A stretch of DNA of 59,664 nt, counting the filler, from Squatina squatina (Eukaryota), in NCBI GenBank assembly GCA_031763465.1. It is 3 parts of 3 records of this genome, joined end to end, with 100 filler letters (N's around TTAATTAATTAA, not from the genome) between each part and the next. Parts side by side here need not be neighbours in the genome. Positions count along the whole stretch, not along the records: positions 1 to 18,676 come from JARFOE010000100.1; 2 more parts are not named here. One strand, written 5' to 3'. The notes beneath the pieces are model-generated. The model searched no databases and was not told the DNA's origin. It saw nothing but the letters and a program-made list of their open reading frames with translations. Numbering within the stretch: the first letter of the stretch is position 1; the number at the start of each line of letters is the position of its first letter. Below, one piece after another: positions 1 to 12,870 of the stretch. Position numbers and translations under genes: made by a program.

Positions 1-46
1 CAATATGACCTTGAGGTCCAGCTTCCCCATCTTTTCCAGGTGTACC
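1..46 (-). CDS. COL5A2: Collagen alpha-2(V) triple-helix exon (truncated by window edge)
   Basis: AG acceptor at 47-48; GTPGKDGEAGPQGHI Gly-X-Y; follows the 160-213 exon in COL5A2 order. Confidence 0.85.
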
Positions 47-159
47 CTAATATAACAATTAAAAAACACAAAATCCAGGAATGAACGACATTCATTTTTA
101 AAGCTTGATGAGAACACTTTGGAAACGTCTTTTCTAAGTCATTAAAATATGCTACTTAC

Positions 160-213
160 CCTCTGACCTGGGACACCAGAAGGGCCCTTCTCACCTGTCT
201 TACCAGGATCGCC
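160..213 (-). CDS. COL5A2: Collagen alpha-2(V) 54-bp exon
   Basis: AG/GTAAG boundaries; GDPGKTGEKGPSGVPGQR resembles COL5A2 GDPGKPGEAGNAGVPGQR; canonical fibrillar 54-bp size; WDR75 synteny. Confidence 0.9.
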
Positions 214-630
214 CTACAATAAAAATACAGGTATTAATAGAATTCATTTAAATTGATAAAGCGTACCTGCTGTAGGAGAGTGTTGCCATAGTTACATCAC
301 TGCACAGGTACAGGGGTGGTGTCGGTTCCTTTTATGTTCTTGCGCTTCTTTTCCTGAGATCCTTATAGCCCCACCTTTAATGGTTCAAAATTAGAAGTGC
401 ATTACAGGTTTCTACTTTATTTGATATAATTACCATTACAAAGTTATTTAACGGTAATGCGATTAATTGAGATTTTACTTTGTGAGCTAGCTGAAGATCA
501 TCGATGGAAAATGATGGGCAACGAATACTGACACACACATAGCCAGCTTCCCACTGGCACAGCACAAACAGAACATTTGTAATATTTCATGCCAATATAA
601 GTTGCATAGAATAACACATATCTTACTTAC

Positions 631-729
631 ACTATTACCCCTTGGTCCTACTAAACCCATGGAACCAGGTGAACCTCTCAGTCCTGTTGACCCCAATGAG
701 CCTGGGCGTCCTTCCTCACCTGGAGGACC
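631..729 (-). CDS. COL5A2: Collagen alpha-2(V) 99-bp exon
   Basis: AG/GTAAG; GPPGEEGRPGSLGSTGLRGSPGSMGLVGPRGNS. Confidence 0.9.
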
Positions 730-2504
730 CTGGTAACAAATGCACAGTGGTACAATTAAAAAATGTCTGCCTTTGATTGAGATGTTGTTTCACATGGGAC
801 ACATNNNNNNNNNNNNNNNNNNNNNNNNNNNNNNNNNNNNNNNNNNNNNNNNNNNNNNNNNNNNNNNNNNNNNNNNNNNNNNNNNNNNNNNNNNNNNNNN
901 NNNNAACTACGAAAGCATACAAACCCAAATATTCAGTAAATATCTTCCAAGGAAGGGAACCTGTCATTCCTATCCAGGCCGACACATGAGTCTGGTTCCA
1001 CACTACGTGATTGCCTCAATTACTTAGCAAATCACTCAATTGTAAAGAAGGAGTGAATTGGTAAAACAAATCAACAATGATCTCGGACAAGACAGACAGA
1101 TCAGCTCAGGTGACCTTGCAGAGTCCTCAAAGTTGGCAGAATTGCCTCAGACAAATTGAGCAACAGCCCAACAGTCATGCTCTCAGAATCATACCAGTCA
1201 GCCAACATCCCAGATTTGTCCTGTCCCACCAGGTTAGACCCACAAGAGATGAGAGCACAGCAGTATATAGTTGGTGGGAAGGGTCCTGAAATTTCTCAGC
1301 ATTGGCTTGAACTCCTTGCTCCAGGTCAAACCAATTACCTTATCAAAACCCTGCATAATTTTAAACACCTGCATAAGGTCTCTTAACCTGTTTTAATGAA
1401 AAAAAGCTCCTATTTCTCTTCGCTCTCTTCAGAACTAAAACCTTCCAGCGCTTGTAGCATCTTAGTAAATCTCTTCACTTGTAAATTTAGTCAACATCCA
1501 TCTGCCCTAACAACTAACCCAGGTCCTCCTGAAGTTGCTTACAGTCCTCAAAATAAGCATTCTCCCTATCTGCAGATGTAGATAGTTCCTCATATCCATG
1601 TCTAAATTCAAAATTACAACTAGGTCTGACCCCTGGAGAGGACATACCATTATTTACATCCCTTCAGTCTGAGATATATTGTCAACCTGTTCCCTGTATT
1701 CCTTTCTTTAATCAATTATTGGCCACTATCCAGTGCTGTTATAGCTTGCGAAGTGAAAACTGAAAAGCTGAAAGGAACTTACAGGACCTGCCTCCGAGCA
1801 ATTGTTATTTGAACTTATTTTGTCAATATGACTCTGCTTCTAACCAAATGTTTAAAAATCTCCAAGTATTAGCTCTCCCCAGTAATATCACAAATACTAA
1901 ACTGCATTTTTGCTGAGTTTATCTCTATTATGCAAATTCAGTCACAAAAAAGATGTATAATAAAAATGAATGTCAGAAGTAAATGGATTGCATCAGTGTT
2001 TCCCAAACCTCCCCAAGCATGTGTTTTAATGCTCGGTCAAGAATACCAAATACACAAAAAAATATAAAACACAAGAAAAATAAAAAACTAAATGCCCGGA
2101 GGTTGAACTGTAATTTTAAACAAAACAAACATACTTATTTTGTCTTATATTTTCAATTCTTGTGTTAATGTCAATCTAGTGAAGTTACAGTAGAAAAAAG
2201 GTCGAATGAAATGATTGCAGCAGATTTACAAACCAATCCAAAATTTGCGTTTCATATTTTTCATATTGCTGTGATTTTTCTTTAGGTTTTTTCTTTAATG
2301 GCGTTTGCTGACCTATTTTGTAATACTGATGATTTCCAACTCTACTTCAACTAACAAATTGGACTAGCCTTTGATAAGCTGGGTATATAACCCAAGTTAG
2401 CAGGCATTAGTTTGAGCAAATGCTGTTCATTTCCCTATAATTAATGGCAATATAACAGAGGCACTGCCATACTATTTCTAGGCAAATCTTAAAAATATTC
2501 TTAC

Positions 2505-2603
2505 CCTTGCACCTGGGAGACCACGATCACCAAGGCGGCCAGGGTCGCCTAGCGATCCCTTTGGACCTGAAGGACCCGTTGTACCACGCTGTCCTTGAGC
2601 ACC
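2505..2603 (-). CDS. COL5A2: Collagen alpha-2(V) 99-bp exon
   Basis: AG/GTAAG; [33 protein letters not shown]. Confidence 0.9.
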
Positions 2604-2727
2604 CTGATGACATAAAAAACACATTCTTCGTTAATGTTGATTGGAGGTCCTCTTTAAGAGTTTTCAAAAGACACACCAGCTTTCTTATAAATCTTTAATT
2701 GTTTAGTGTTAAAAAATATCTACTTAC

Positions 2728-2781
2728 TTTTGGACCAGGTAACCCATCTTGTCCTGGGAAACCGCGATTACCTGGGGAACC
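2728..2781 (-). CDS. COL5A2: Collagen alpha-2(V) 54-bp exon
   Basis: AG/GTAAG; GSPGNRGFPGQDGLPGPK. Confidence 0.9.
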
Positions 2782-3576
2782 CTAATTACAAAAAACAAAC
2801 ATATGTTCTAAATGTAAATGTCCAAAGAATAACATAAATTATGTCATGTCAAACTATGTTTTACTCTGCTTATGTTCACAGAAGCTCAGATCCATGGGCA
2901 ATGGCTGTCCTTTGGTAACATGCCAAGCAGCTATTCATTGGCAAACATGGATAATGTGTGACTTTATGCAAACACTCAATTTTGGGGAGCATCACAGTCG
3001 ATCCTGATTCTGTCCTCACCAACGCCCACAAGTGCACTTTCCAGTGGGCACTGATAGCAATCTGAAGAGGGAATCCCAGCTGATTTTCATTGTTGCCCAA
3101 CTCAGGGCCACAAAGGCCAAATGCATCTCTACTGTGGTCCCTCTGCGATAACTATGTGAAACACATTGCTTGCTTCCATTAATCTGTCTACTAATTGTTC
3201 ATATGCCATCTTAAGTACCATTTCTTTCAATACTATACAATAAAAACACATGTTGAAAAGTTATAACCAAGTTAGATTATAATTATTATTTAATGTGTGT
3301 TCAAACTGGAATTTTCAACGATTATTAACATTTTACGGCCACTTTTCGATTGTTAATGTAATTNNNNNNNNNNNNNNNNNNNNNNNNNNNNNNNNNNNNN
3401 NNNNNNNNNNNNNNNNNNNNNNNNNNNNNNNNNNNNNNNNNNNNNNNNNNNNNNNNNNNNNNNAAAAGGTATCTGAAGTACTCGAAATAATATAATTTTG
3501 GTTAGTTGTCATGTCAGTGGTTTCAAAGGTCCCTGTAGTGTATAATACAGATTTTAATGATAGTTTAAAGGCTTAC

Positions 3577-3630
3577 CATTGGTCCCAAGTCACCAGGTTC
3601 TCCGGGAGGGCCAGGCAGTCCTTTAGGGCC
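3577..3630 (-). CDS. COL5A2: Collagen alpha-2(V) 54-bp exon (early helix)
   Basis: AG/GTAAG; GPKGLPGPPGEPGDLGPM resembles the early-helix GPPGEPGDPGPM of COL5A2. Confidence 0.8.
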
Positions 3631-3849
3631 CTAATTGTACAGGAGCAAAAAAAACAACACATTTAAAGACAAGGTTGACATGTATGTTAGAATTACTGAA
3701 TATGGTTATATTCAAATCAGAATATAACATAAAGGGAGGAAATTCAGTCGGCATACAATGATAATAGGGAATTTGCAACCTATGCCAGACAAAGTACTCC
3801 AGCTGAAACTTTCTACTCAAATCCTATTTTCCTGCCATTTTCCTGTATC

Positions 3850-4105
3850 CTCCTTTCTTCTCAAATATTTATCCAATTCCACTTAAAGATGTTACAGTCT
3901 GTACCCCAATTTAGCCACGTGTGGAAAACTCTCTGTGCATAAAAAAATCTTCTGGGTTTTCCGATTTACTCTTCCGGTGATGATTCCAAATCTACGCAGC
4001 TTTGTTACCAATTTGCCGATGAGTAGAAACAATCTTTCACTATTTGCCACCTCAAAACTGTTCCTGGTTCTGAAAACCTTAATTAAATCTCCTCTTAACA
4101 TTCTC
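3850..4105 (-). mobile_element. Degraded CR1-type LINE 3' fragment
   Basis: LRGDLIKVFR motif typical of the CR1 ORF2 C-terminus; boundaries approximate. Confidence 0.6.
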
Positions 4106-7100
4106 TACACTGGTCTCCCACCATAATTGGCAGGAAATCAGCCGAACCTCCAGGAAAATAGCACAGACCCAGTTGTGCAGGGGTCTGTGAAGTTTCTGAG
4201 GTTTCCTGGTTGTTTTTTGAGAGGCAAAACCNNNNNNNNNNNNNNNNNNNNNNNNNNNNNNNNNNNNNNNNNNNNNNNNNNNNNNNNNNNNNNNNNNNNN
4301 NNNNNNNNNNNNNNNNNNNNNNNNNNNNNNNGGGAAACCCATTCTTCCAGGTTTCCCCACCTCAAAATAGCGCCGCCCCGCTCCCCCTCCGCCTCCAAGC
4401 TAATATATTGGAGCCTACCACCTACATCACCTTCATGTAATGCATTCTGGGAACACACTGTGGCCAGCTTATGTTCTGCAGCTGCATTATAAAACTTTCC
4501 AGAGAATTTTGGATCGTATAAACACAGTAAATGTTTTGTTTTGGAGCCAACATTCACTGGAAAGTTTTATAACATAACTCAAGCTGCACACAATTATGTC
4601 ATCCTCCCCAGAAAGTATTACATGAAAAGCAACAGAATTTCAAAATTTAACGTTAGAAGCTAGATTTCTCACAACACATCAGCATAGAATTCAGAACACC
4701 TAAGAGAATATTCAGCTTGTCAGTAATCGAATAAATCTGCAATTATTTTCCAACCTTTTAATCTTTTCACTCAGGTTTGTTGTGAGGTCCGTTTTCCTTC
4801 TTACTGAATAACAAGTGCATTACTATACTTGACTGTATAACTAATGAAACTAGAGACTTTCAATAAATAGGATCAGCTGTACTTCCACTTTATGGCACAG
4901 AAACCACTGGGTTATCACAATAGTGAGTTCAGAGTTGATCAAACCTATGGGACANNNNNNNNNNNNNNNNNNNNNNNNNNNNNNNNNNNNNNNNNNNNNN
5001 NNNNNNNNNNNNNNNNNNNNNNNNNNNNNNNNNNNNNNNNNNNNNNNNNNNNNNTGATGTAAATGAGAAAACATTGACTGTTAAACCAAAATATAGATCT
5101 GTGTCAGTCCACTCCTGCCCACCCCCAGCAATTTGACCTTTTGATTCTATTTCCTACCAGCTCTGTGACTTTTAACTTCTTTTCTGCTTTGCTTATTAAT
5201 GCTTCCTTTAAAACCGAGCAAAAGCATAAGAACGTTATGTTTGATGTGGATTTTATTTGGCAAGTATGCTCTGCAATGACGTGATGTGTAATCTATTCCC
5301 CTCTGGCTATATATCACAGTGGAATAAATTAATCAGGCAATTCATTTTAAGGGGCTTTGGTTGGTGGAAAAGAATAGGAAACAGATTTTGATTATTGTAT
5401 AAGAATTTCCCTCAGGATCATACCAACATGCAGATGGTCTTTAAGTAATTTAAGGCTTACTTGTACTGTTAGGAAGCACTTGAGCATTAAAAAGTGCATG
5501 TGTTACTTTTAACAGAATCAATGCTCACTGATCCAAATGGTGGCAGTTTCCTCACAGAAACAACTTCATAAATGTACATGTTATGCACTTAATCAGCTTC
5601 TCAAGCTGTGGTATGATCATCCACCTTAAAGATANNNNNNNNNNNNNNNNNNNNNNNNNNNNNNNNNNNNNNNNNNNNNNNNNNNNNNNNNNNNNNNNNN
5701 NNNNNNNNNNNNNNNNNNNNNNNNNNNNNNNNNNCAGAAAAAACACTTTCCTGAGGTCTTCATAATGGATGTCACCCAGAAGAATATTTCTTACTGTAAA
5801 GTCCTCTTTGGCTCTTATCTATACATGGGAAAGTAATTCTCCTGCCAAATCCAGCTTCAATTCTCTTCACTTTATCATGAGTAAATTAACATCTGAGCAG
5901 TTATTGTCTTAAATAAAGCTTATTTCAGGAATGATGTTTCGAAGTCACGCAGCAAAAAGACACTTCATGGGGATCTTTGCAATATGCTAACATTGCCCGT
6001 GTTACATAACCTTAAGCTAACAGAAAGTTAGCAAGGATTCTGGTGATCAAAGTGAAGAATAATGGAGTAAGATATTATATTCACAATAGCATTAACATTA
6101 TTATTATTATTATGTGGCTCTAAGTGCCATGTTGAAACCTGAGCTGCCTTGTGAAAAGGACAGGAGCCTGTGTCTGGGGGAAACACATGTTTGACCAGCT
6201 GGTTGCTATAGGAGTGGATACGAAGTGTGCTCGAGGGTTACATGTTTCATAAGAACATAAGAACATANNNNNNNNNNNNNNNNNNNNNNNNNNNNNNNNN
6301 NNNNNNNNNNNNNNNNNNNNNNNNNNNNNNNNNNNNNNNNNNNNNNNNNNNNNNNNNNNNNNNNNNNTATTTCACTTTCTGTACCTGATTTAACATTGAA
6401 TTAACTATTCTGACTGACACCTCCTGGGTGAGACTCTCTCTGCTCATTAACGATTCTTCAATATGATTGGTTAGGAAATATACAGATGCTTGCCTGTTTC
6501 AGACAGATCCCAGATGCTTTTGGAAGGCCCCACTTTTTCGATGGTTGGCTGACAGGAACTTCTTGTGCAAAAGCCCATAGAAAGTTCATGGGCATGTGCA
6601 AGTGTAACGAAAGACACAACTCAAAGCAAAATCCAGCCCATTTTTTTTATCTAAAGCTTCTGAAAAACAGAGAAGATTGTTGAGGTGATATGATGCAGTA
6701 CACATAGAATATTCTATGCAATAATACGTCGATGTTTACCAGTTGGTTGGGAAAGGCAAAGGTTATTTTAAATTGCCAAGAGTCAATCCAACTTTTGGTT
6801 TAATTAGTCATTGTCAACTACAAATAAACAGAAAGTAACCTCACTCCCAAAACATTTTAGAACACAGACTATGTTAGGTAAGGAATACAAAGGGCTGTTT
6901 CCCATTATTGTGCATATTTCCTCCTCTTCTGCAAACATATATTTTAGGTATTAATGTAGGCACGCAGTTAGTCAGCTGTTAGTTAGAAAATCTCAACATT
7001 CGTGGCTAATTAAACTTTTAAGACATAGTGCAAGATTGGACCTCAAACAAGTTAAAAATGTTCAGTGGGAACAATCAGTGAGTCAAACATGATTCACTGT

Positions 7101-8562
7101 TTTATCTGCATCAGCGATACTGGGCCTGCAGATGGTCACAGTCTCAGATGACAGGACCCTTGGCAGGTTCAATTCTGCCAGAGATGTGGTGGACTGTTAT
7201 TTCCTTCCCATGAGTTGAAGTAAAACTGCTAGTCGTGATGTTAACTACAGACGTGTTTGCGTTGGCTGAATGCCCCACCATTTACTTTTAGTGGCACCGT
7301 TTCAAGACCATAAATACTTTTCCACCCACTGAATTAGTGTCTCCATAGTGCGGGCTCATGAGTAAATCACCTGGTGTTTCAGAACGAGCAAGTAACACAG
7401 CTGTTTCCCTTTGCCATAACATGCAGTGCATGTGCTTCAATTTATATATTTCTGATGCGTTTGACTCAGCAAATGTTGCAAAGACTTTCATTTATGCAAT
7501 AAGATGTAGCTTTTGTTTTGCAACGATATATCTTTCATGTATAGATACATATGTATGTATATATGTGTGTAGAATTATTGTATGAATTTTTGCCCTTTTC
7601 TTGGAATGTCTCTGGCTGCTATTCAAGTGGTTTGAGTCAGCTTTATTGAAAAGTTTCTGTGCCTATCACATGACAGGAAAAGGAAAGTGCTCTTGATAAT
7701 GGTAGACAAGACAAGGGTAGATCTTATCGAGAAATAATCGTCTCCCTTTTTATTCACAGGGGAATAGAATAGGAGGATACACATTGGCCCTGGAATTCCT
7801 GCGTCACTGATGCACTGGTGCNNNNNNNNNNNNNNNNNNNNNNNNNNNNNNNNNNNNNNNNNNNNNNNNNNNNNNNNNNNNNNNNNNNNNNNNNNNNNNN
7901 NNNNNNNNNNNNNNNNNNNNNATTCATTTGTAAGTGAAGTGTTTTGACATGTTTCTAAGAGTCATGGTAAGGCACAAATCTTTATTTATTGCTAAATAAT
8001 GCTGGTGAGATCATTTCAATTTTCAACTTGGTTGCCAAATCCAATTCATTTTCCACCTTCTGAAAAATTCTCCTCCCACGATATTGCATAATCGTATTTA
8101 ATGTTGCAATCTGAAAATGCATTTTATTTACCATGCAATTATCTATATTAAAGGTAATTAACAATCATTTGCTCGAGTGCTCAATCTCACTAGATCTTCT
8201 AAATAACAACTGCATCTGCAATATGTTATGGCTTTCCACACAATTTACTCTTAAATTGATAACCTACTTACTGCTACCTTATTTTCATGATGATTAATAG
8301 AGGCAGGATGAGCAATGGACATAATACTAATTCTTATGTATCTCCACAGTATAATGCTCATTGCTACCCACCGCATCGATTTCTCATTCATGATTATTTT
8401 GCGACATCTCTCTTAATCAACATCACAAGTCTTTTGCTGTGAGGGGATTATGCTGCTATTTCAGCCAGTTACCATTCTTCTTGTGCTGAAGCACATACTC
8501 CGTAATAAAGATGCCTAAATTACATGCATTGATGCATAAAATGCAGATGTTTGGATATTTCA

Positions 8563-9279
8563 GGGGTGAAATTGGCATCCTGTGGGTCTCTGGCGGGCGC
8601 TAACTGGGTGCAAATGTGTTTTCGCTGGGGTGGCGCTACCGGCTCCCGCAAAATTCTGTGGGAGTTAGTGGAGGCACAAAACCGGTAGCGCTCCTGTCCT
8701 GCCAGTAGCACCCCGAGCCACTGCGCCTCCGGCAATGACGTTTTCGCCCCGCAGCGGCGCCTTTTCGCCCCATGGCGAAAATTCGATAGCGCCCCGTGGT
8801 ATGGCCACAGGTGATGTCAGCACCAGCCTCGCAGGTCGTGAACTGGGCCGCACTCCACTTGCAGGGCAAAATTTAAAGGAGGTGCGTGGTGCTATTTTGA
8901 TTTTTCTGCCGACTTACCAGCCCGGCCTCTGTGCGGCTTTCCGTGGGGTCCGTGCCGTGATGGTGCAGTCCCGCATTCTCGGTGGCCTAGTGGATGCCCC
9001 TCAAAACCCCATGCAGAGCTCGCAGTGTGCCCTCCCCTTTAACAGAAGGGGAGGGCCCTGTGATCGCGTTAGCACGATGCGGAGAGGCTGCATAGTGCTT
9101 TGAGTTGTACGCGCTTAGTGCCCTCGAGAGGAAGTGGAGCGCCTGACATTGTGCTCCACTTCCTTTCAGGGGCAGTAACCCAAATTTAGCAAGTGGGGCG
9201 GGACTTCCGCGTCTGGTGCAAAATGTCCCGCATCCCGGATTTTACTGTCCCCAAATGGGGCGCATCAGAATCTTTCCCC
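8563..9279. mobile_element. GC-rich non-autonomous DNA transposon (PIF/Harbinger-like MITE)
   Basis: Abrupt GC/CpG-rich block in AT-rich DNA; imperfect terminal inverted ends GGGGTGAAATT...AATCTTTCCCC; internal hairpins; similar ends recur near 12085, 17890 and 31395. Confidence 0.6.
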
Positions 9280-10320
9280 GTATGTTTCTACTAATCTTAT
9301 TTCTTTATTAACCTGATTTATAATTCTAGCCCTAGATATTCCGTGTGTGAGTTGGACGGATCTGGAGTTACCATTTCTACTGAACTTTTCAGCAGCTGAA
9401 AGGGTTTATTATTCATCACAATTGTGCTGCTTTATCAGATATTTTGTGCATAAGGTTCATAGGGGAGCAAGAGTTTGCTGTGGGAGCATTCTTGGTGCTG
9501 ACCATGAAGAGAACTATCCAGAGAGCTTCCAAATCATAATACAACATATCAATATACTACATACTAAAGGTAACAAATTAATTCATGTGTTGTATTTATC
9601 TTCAGGTTCAAATTTAATCTCAACAGATCTTTCAATTTGAAATCATTGATTTAGTAATAGCAAAATGTCATCTCTGTTACAAGTAAATTGACTATCCATA
9701 GTTATTCCAATGTTGTGTTTTTCATTAATAATTACAGTATATTTAATTTCTTCCATTTAAGTTCAAAGTTAAAATTTCTAATTCAACAACTGTTTCCCCA
9801 TCCAGTGAAAGCTCCAAGACTACTAAGTGACCATCCTTCCAGTGCAAGACAAATTCTTAAAGCAATCTGCAGCTTGAATCTATGATATATATTTATTTGG
9901 CACAGATTTAAACTGCAGATTTCTTTTAGAATTTGTTTTGGGTACGATAAAAGATATGCTAATTAGTATAATATTTAAAAGCCTTTTGACTCAGGGGCAA
10001 TTTAAACTACTTCAAATTCCTAACTAAAGTAGTGGTTTTGCAATATTATTAAAACAAAGAAAGAATGGCCTTTGATGGTTGTGGAGGTCAGACAAGAAAT
10101 ACCATACCATCTGTTTGCCAGACAGTTGCCTTTAAAAGTAACCTTGCAAACAGACTGAACAATCATATTCCTTCATTGTATATCCTTTAACCATTTCTGC
10201 CCCTTCACTGAGTGTGGCTANNNNNNNNNNNNNNNNNNNNNNNNNNNNNNNNNNNNNNNNNNNNNNNNNNNNNNNNNNNNNNNNNNNNNNNNNNNNNNNN
10301 NNNNNNNNNNNNNNNNNNNN

Positions 10321-10480
10321 CCTCAAAACCTACCTCTTTCACCAAGCTTTTGGTCATCTACTCTAATTTCTCCTTAGGTGGCTCGGTGTCAAATTTTTGT
10401 CTGATAACACTCCTGTGATGCACCTTGGAATATTTTACTATGTTAAAGGCGCTATATAAATACAAGTTGTTGGTGTTGTT
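10321..10480 (+). mobile_element. L2 LINE 3' end
   Basis: AAAACCTACCTCTTT..CAAGCTTTTGGTCA...AAAGGCGCTATATAAATACAAGTTGTTG tail, same as 26415-27028. Confidence 0.75.
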
Positions 10481-11422
10481 GATAGCCCCTTACATGAGGA
10501 CTTGCATTAAGTAGTTGGTCAAAGATAAGCCTGGTAAGTAGCAATGAACTTGGCATCTAGATGTTCAAGTGGCTGGTGCAAAACAAGCTGCCCTTCTGTT
10601 ACTCTGGTAAAAACAAGCGTAAGGCCTGCTTTTACCAGAGCACAGATTTAAAAAATAGAAATATAAAAGGTTATTACTCATTTATACATTAAAAACCTTA
10701 TAAAATAAGGTAAGTTTATTTTTTGTCCCGTTACAACATATACATTTTTTTCCAAAAAATTAAGTGTTTAAAATATTTAATTACATGGAATTTTAATTAA
10801 TTTTAAATATGTAATTAAAAAAAAATTATTTTATGTGTTTGTGTATTTTTANNNNNNNNNNNNNNNNNNNNNNNNNNNNNNNNNNNNNNNNNNNNNNNNN
10901 NNNNNNNNNNNNNNNNNNNNNNNNNNNNNNNNNNNNNNNNNNNNNNNNNNNCTGTAAGGCACATTGAGACATCCTGAGATCATGAAAGGCGCTATATAAA
11001 TGCAAGCTGTCTTTTTCTAATCCACCAGTAAGTAACCAGCAGTGCACCGCAGTCTCTGTGTTCCTTCAACTGCCTTTACTATTTTTTTCTTTGCAATAAG
11101 TAGAGTGATGGAACACCACTAAGCCAAAACATATGAGTATGTGGCATTGTCTATCGTCCAGACAGTAAATGCAAGGATCAGCAAGAAATAAATAGACCAC
11201 AAACATAGGAACTGTTTTCATGCACATTCTTTGCCACCAAGAACCCCCACCAACTGCCAGGATAAATGCAATTGATTTCTTTTAACAAGAGGGTTGGTAA
11301 TATTTATATAGCTCAGTTGGCTCCTTCTGAAATATTTATAGAAAATCTCAACTATAAGAATATAAATGTGTCTCGACTTGTTATTTATACAAAAGATTTT
11401 GGAAAAGATTTTGATGCCATTC

Positions 11423-11466
11423 CTAAATCCTTTGGCCGTACTGCTGGTAACCAACAGGAGGAGGGC
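11423..11466 (-). CDS. Terminal coding exon of an unidentified gene, (G)PPPVGYQQYGQRI*
   Basis: TTTTTTTAG acceptor at 11467-68; phase 1 matches the upstream 28-nt exon; TAG stop at 11423-25. Confidence 0.55.
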
Positions 11467-11847
11467 CTAAAAAAATATTCGCTTTCACTCGTGTTTATTT
11501 ATTCTCCCCTGACTGTTTTATTACAGACAATAATGTCACACCTTAAAGCCAACCGCATACTGAAGTGTAAAATATTGAACTAACAGGATAAAGACTTGAA
11601 AATAATTTATTTCAACTTCTAATGCAAAGAATTGAAAAACAACCTTGGGCAAAGTGTTGGATCTGTTTCAAAGTAAAGAATTTAAGGCAGAACTTTTTAT
11701 TATTCACAGCTCTTGTTTGAACTGAAACTAAAATGGCCAAAACTGCCATTGAAATTCAATGCTTCTTTAAATATTGCCATCAAAATCAATAGAGAGGGCG
11801 TTATTATATTAGGTTAAGACCAATTGCATAAAAATAAGTAGACTTAC

Positions 11848-11875
11848 CAGATCTTAAAACTGTAGTATGACTATA
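11848..11875 (-). CDS. 28-nt penultimate exon of an unidentified gene, YSHTTVLRS(G)
   Basis: Strong polypyrimidine tract plus CCAG acceptor and G|GTAAGT donor; only one of three frames is open. Confidence 0.55.
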
Positions 11876-12312
11876 CTGGTTGAAAAAAATGAAAAAGACA
11901 TTGTCAAATTAAATTTTACATTAAATTGACAATTACCATTTCATTCTACACTCATTTGCTTGCTTTGCGGTTGCTTGATTTGTTGCATTTGAAATGTAAA
12001 TGGCTAGCTTAGTTTGAATTGAATTGCAGTGTGTTCACTGGCCTCTACTGTACAGCTCAGCTCCCAGAGGGCACTAAATTTTCAAGGGGCCGAAATTCAT
12101 TAGCGCCGCGCTCAAATGCTGCAGCACACAATNNNNNNNNNNNNNNNNNNNNNNNNNNNNNNNNNNNNNNNNNNNNNNNNNNNNNNNNNNNNNNNNNNNN
12201 NNNNNNNNNNNNNNNNNNNNNNNNNNNNNNNNATTGAAAGGCAATAAATAAAGCAAGCCCAGGATCTTCTTTGCTGGAAGGTGGTGGCAAGAGAGAATGA
12301 AATGGTTTCACT

Positions 12313-12870
12313 AACACAAAAGCAAAATATCACGGATGCTGGAACCTGAAATAAAAACAGAAAAAGCTGGAAAAATTCAGCAGTTCAGGTGGGCAGCATC
12401 TGTGGAGAGAGAGAAACAGAGTCAACGTTTCAGGTCGATGACCCTTCGTCAGAACTGGAAAAAGTCAGAGATGTAACAGGTTTTCGAGGAAATGCAGGGG
12501 CAGGGAAAGGGGATGGGAGGAAAGAACAAAAGGGAAGGTCTGTGATACGGTGGAAGGCAGGAGATACTAGGAGACGTTAAGAGATGGTGCAAGACAAAAG
12601 GAGATAATAATGGGGAAAAATAAGGAACAAAAGGTGAGTCTGGATGGGATGTAAATTGGGGGGGGGGAAACAAAACCAGAAATTAACTAAATAAATAAAT
12701 AAAAAATTGTGGAACTTGATGTTGAGTCCAGAAGGCTGTAAAGTGCCTATAACGGAAGATGAGGTGCTGTTCCTCGAGCTTACGTTGAGCTTCATTGGAA
12801 CAATATAATAGGCCGAGAACTGAGAGATCCAAGTGAGAATGGAATGGAGAATTAAAGCGACAGGTGACTG
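12313..12870 (-). mobile_element. Penelope-like retroelement 3' portion
   Basis: Frameshifted KLEEQHLIF..LQPSGLNIKFHNF-like GIY-YIG C-terminus plus the characteristic GGATGCTGGAA..AAATAAAAACAGAAAA tail. Confidence 0.7.

Noticed and set aside
8520-9103. Several overlapping ORFs in the GC-rich block
   Set aside because: Expected from GC-rich transposon DNA; no domain or splice support.
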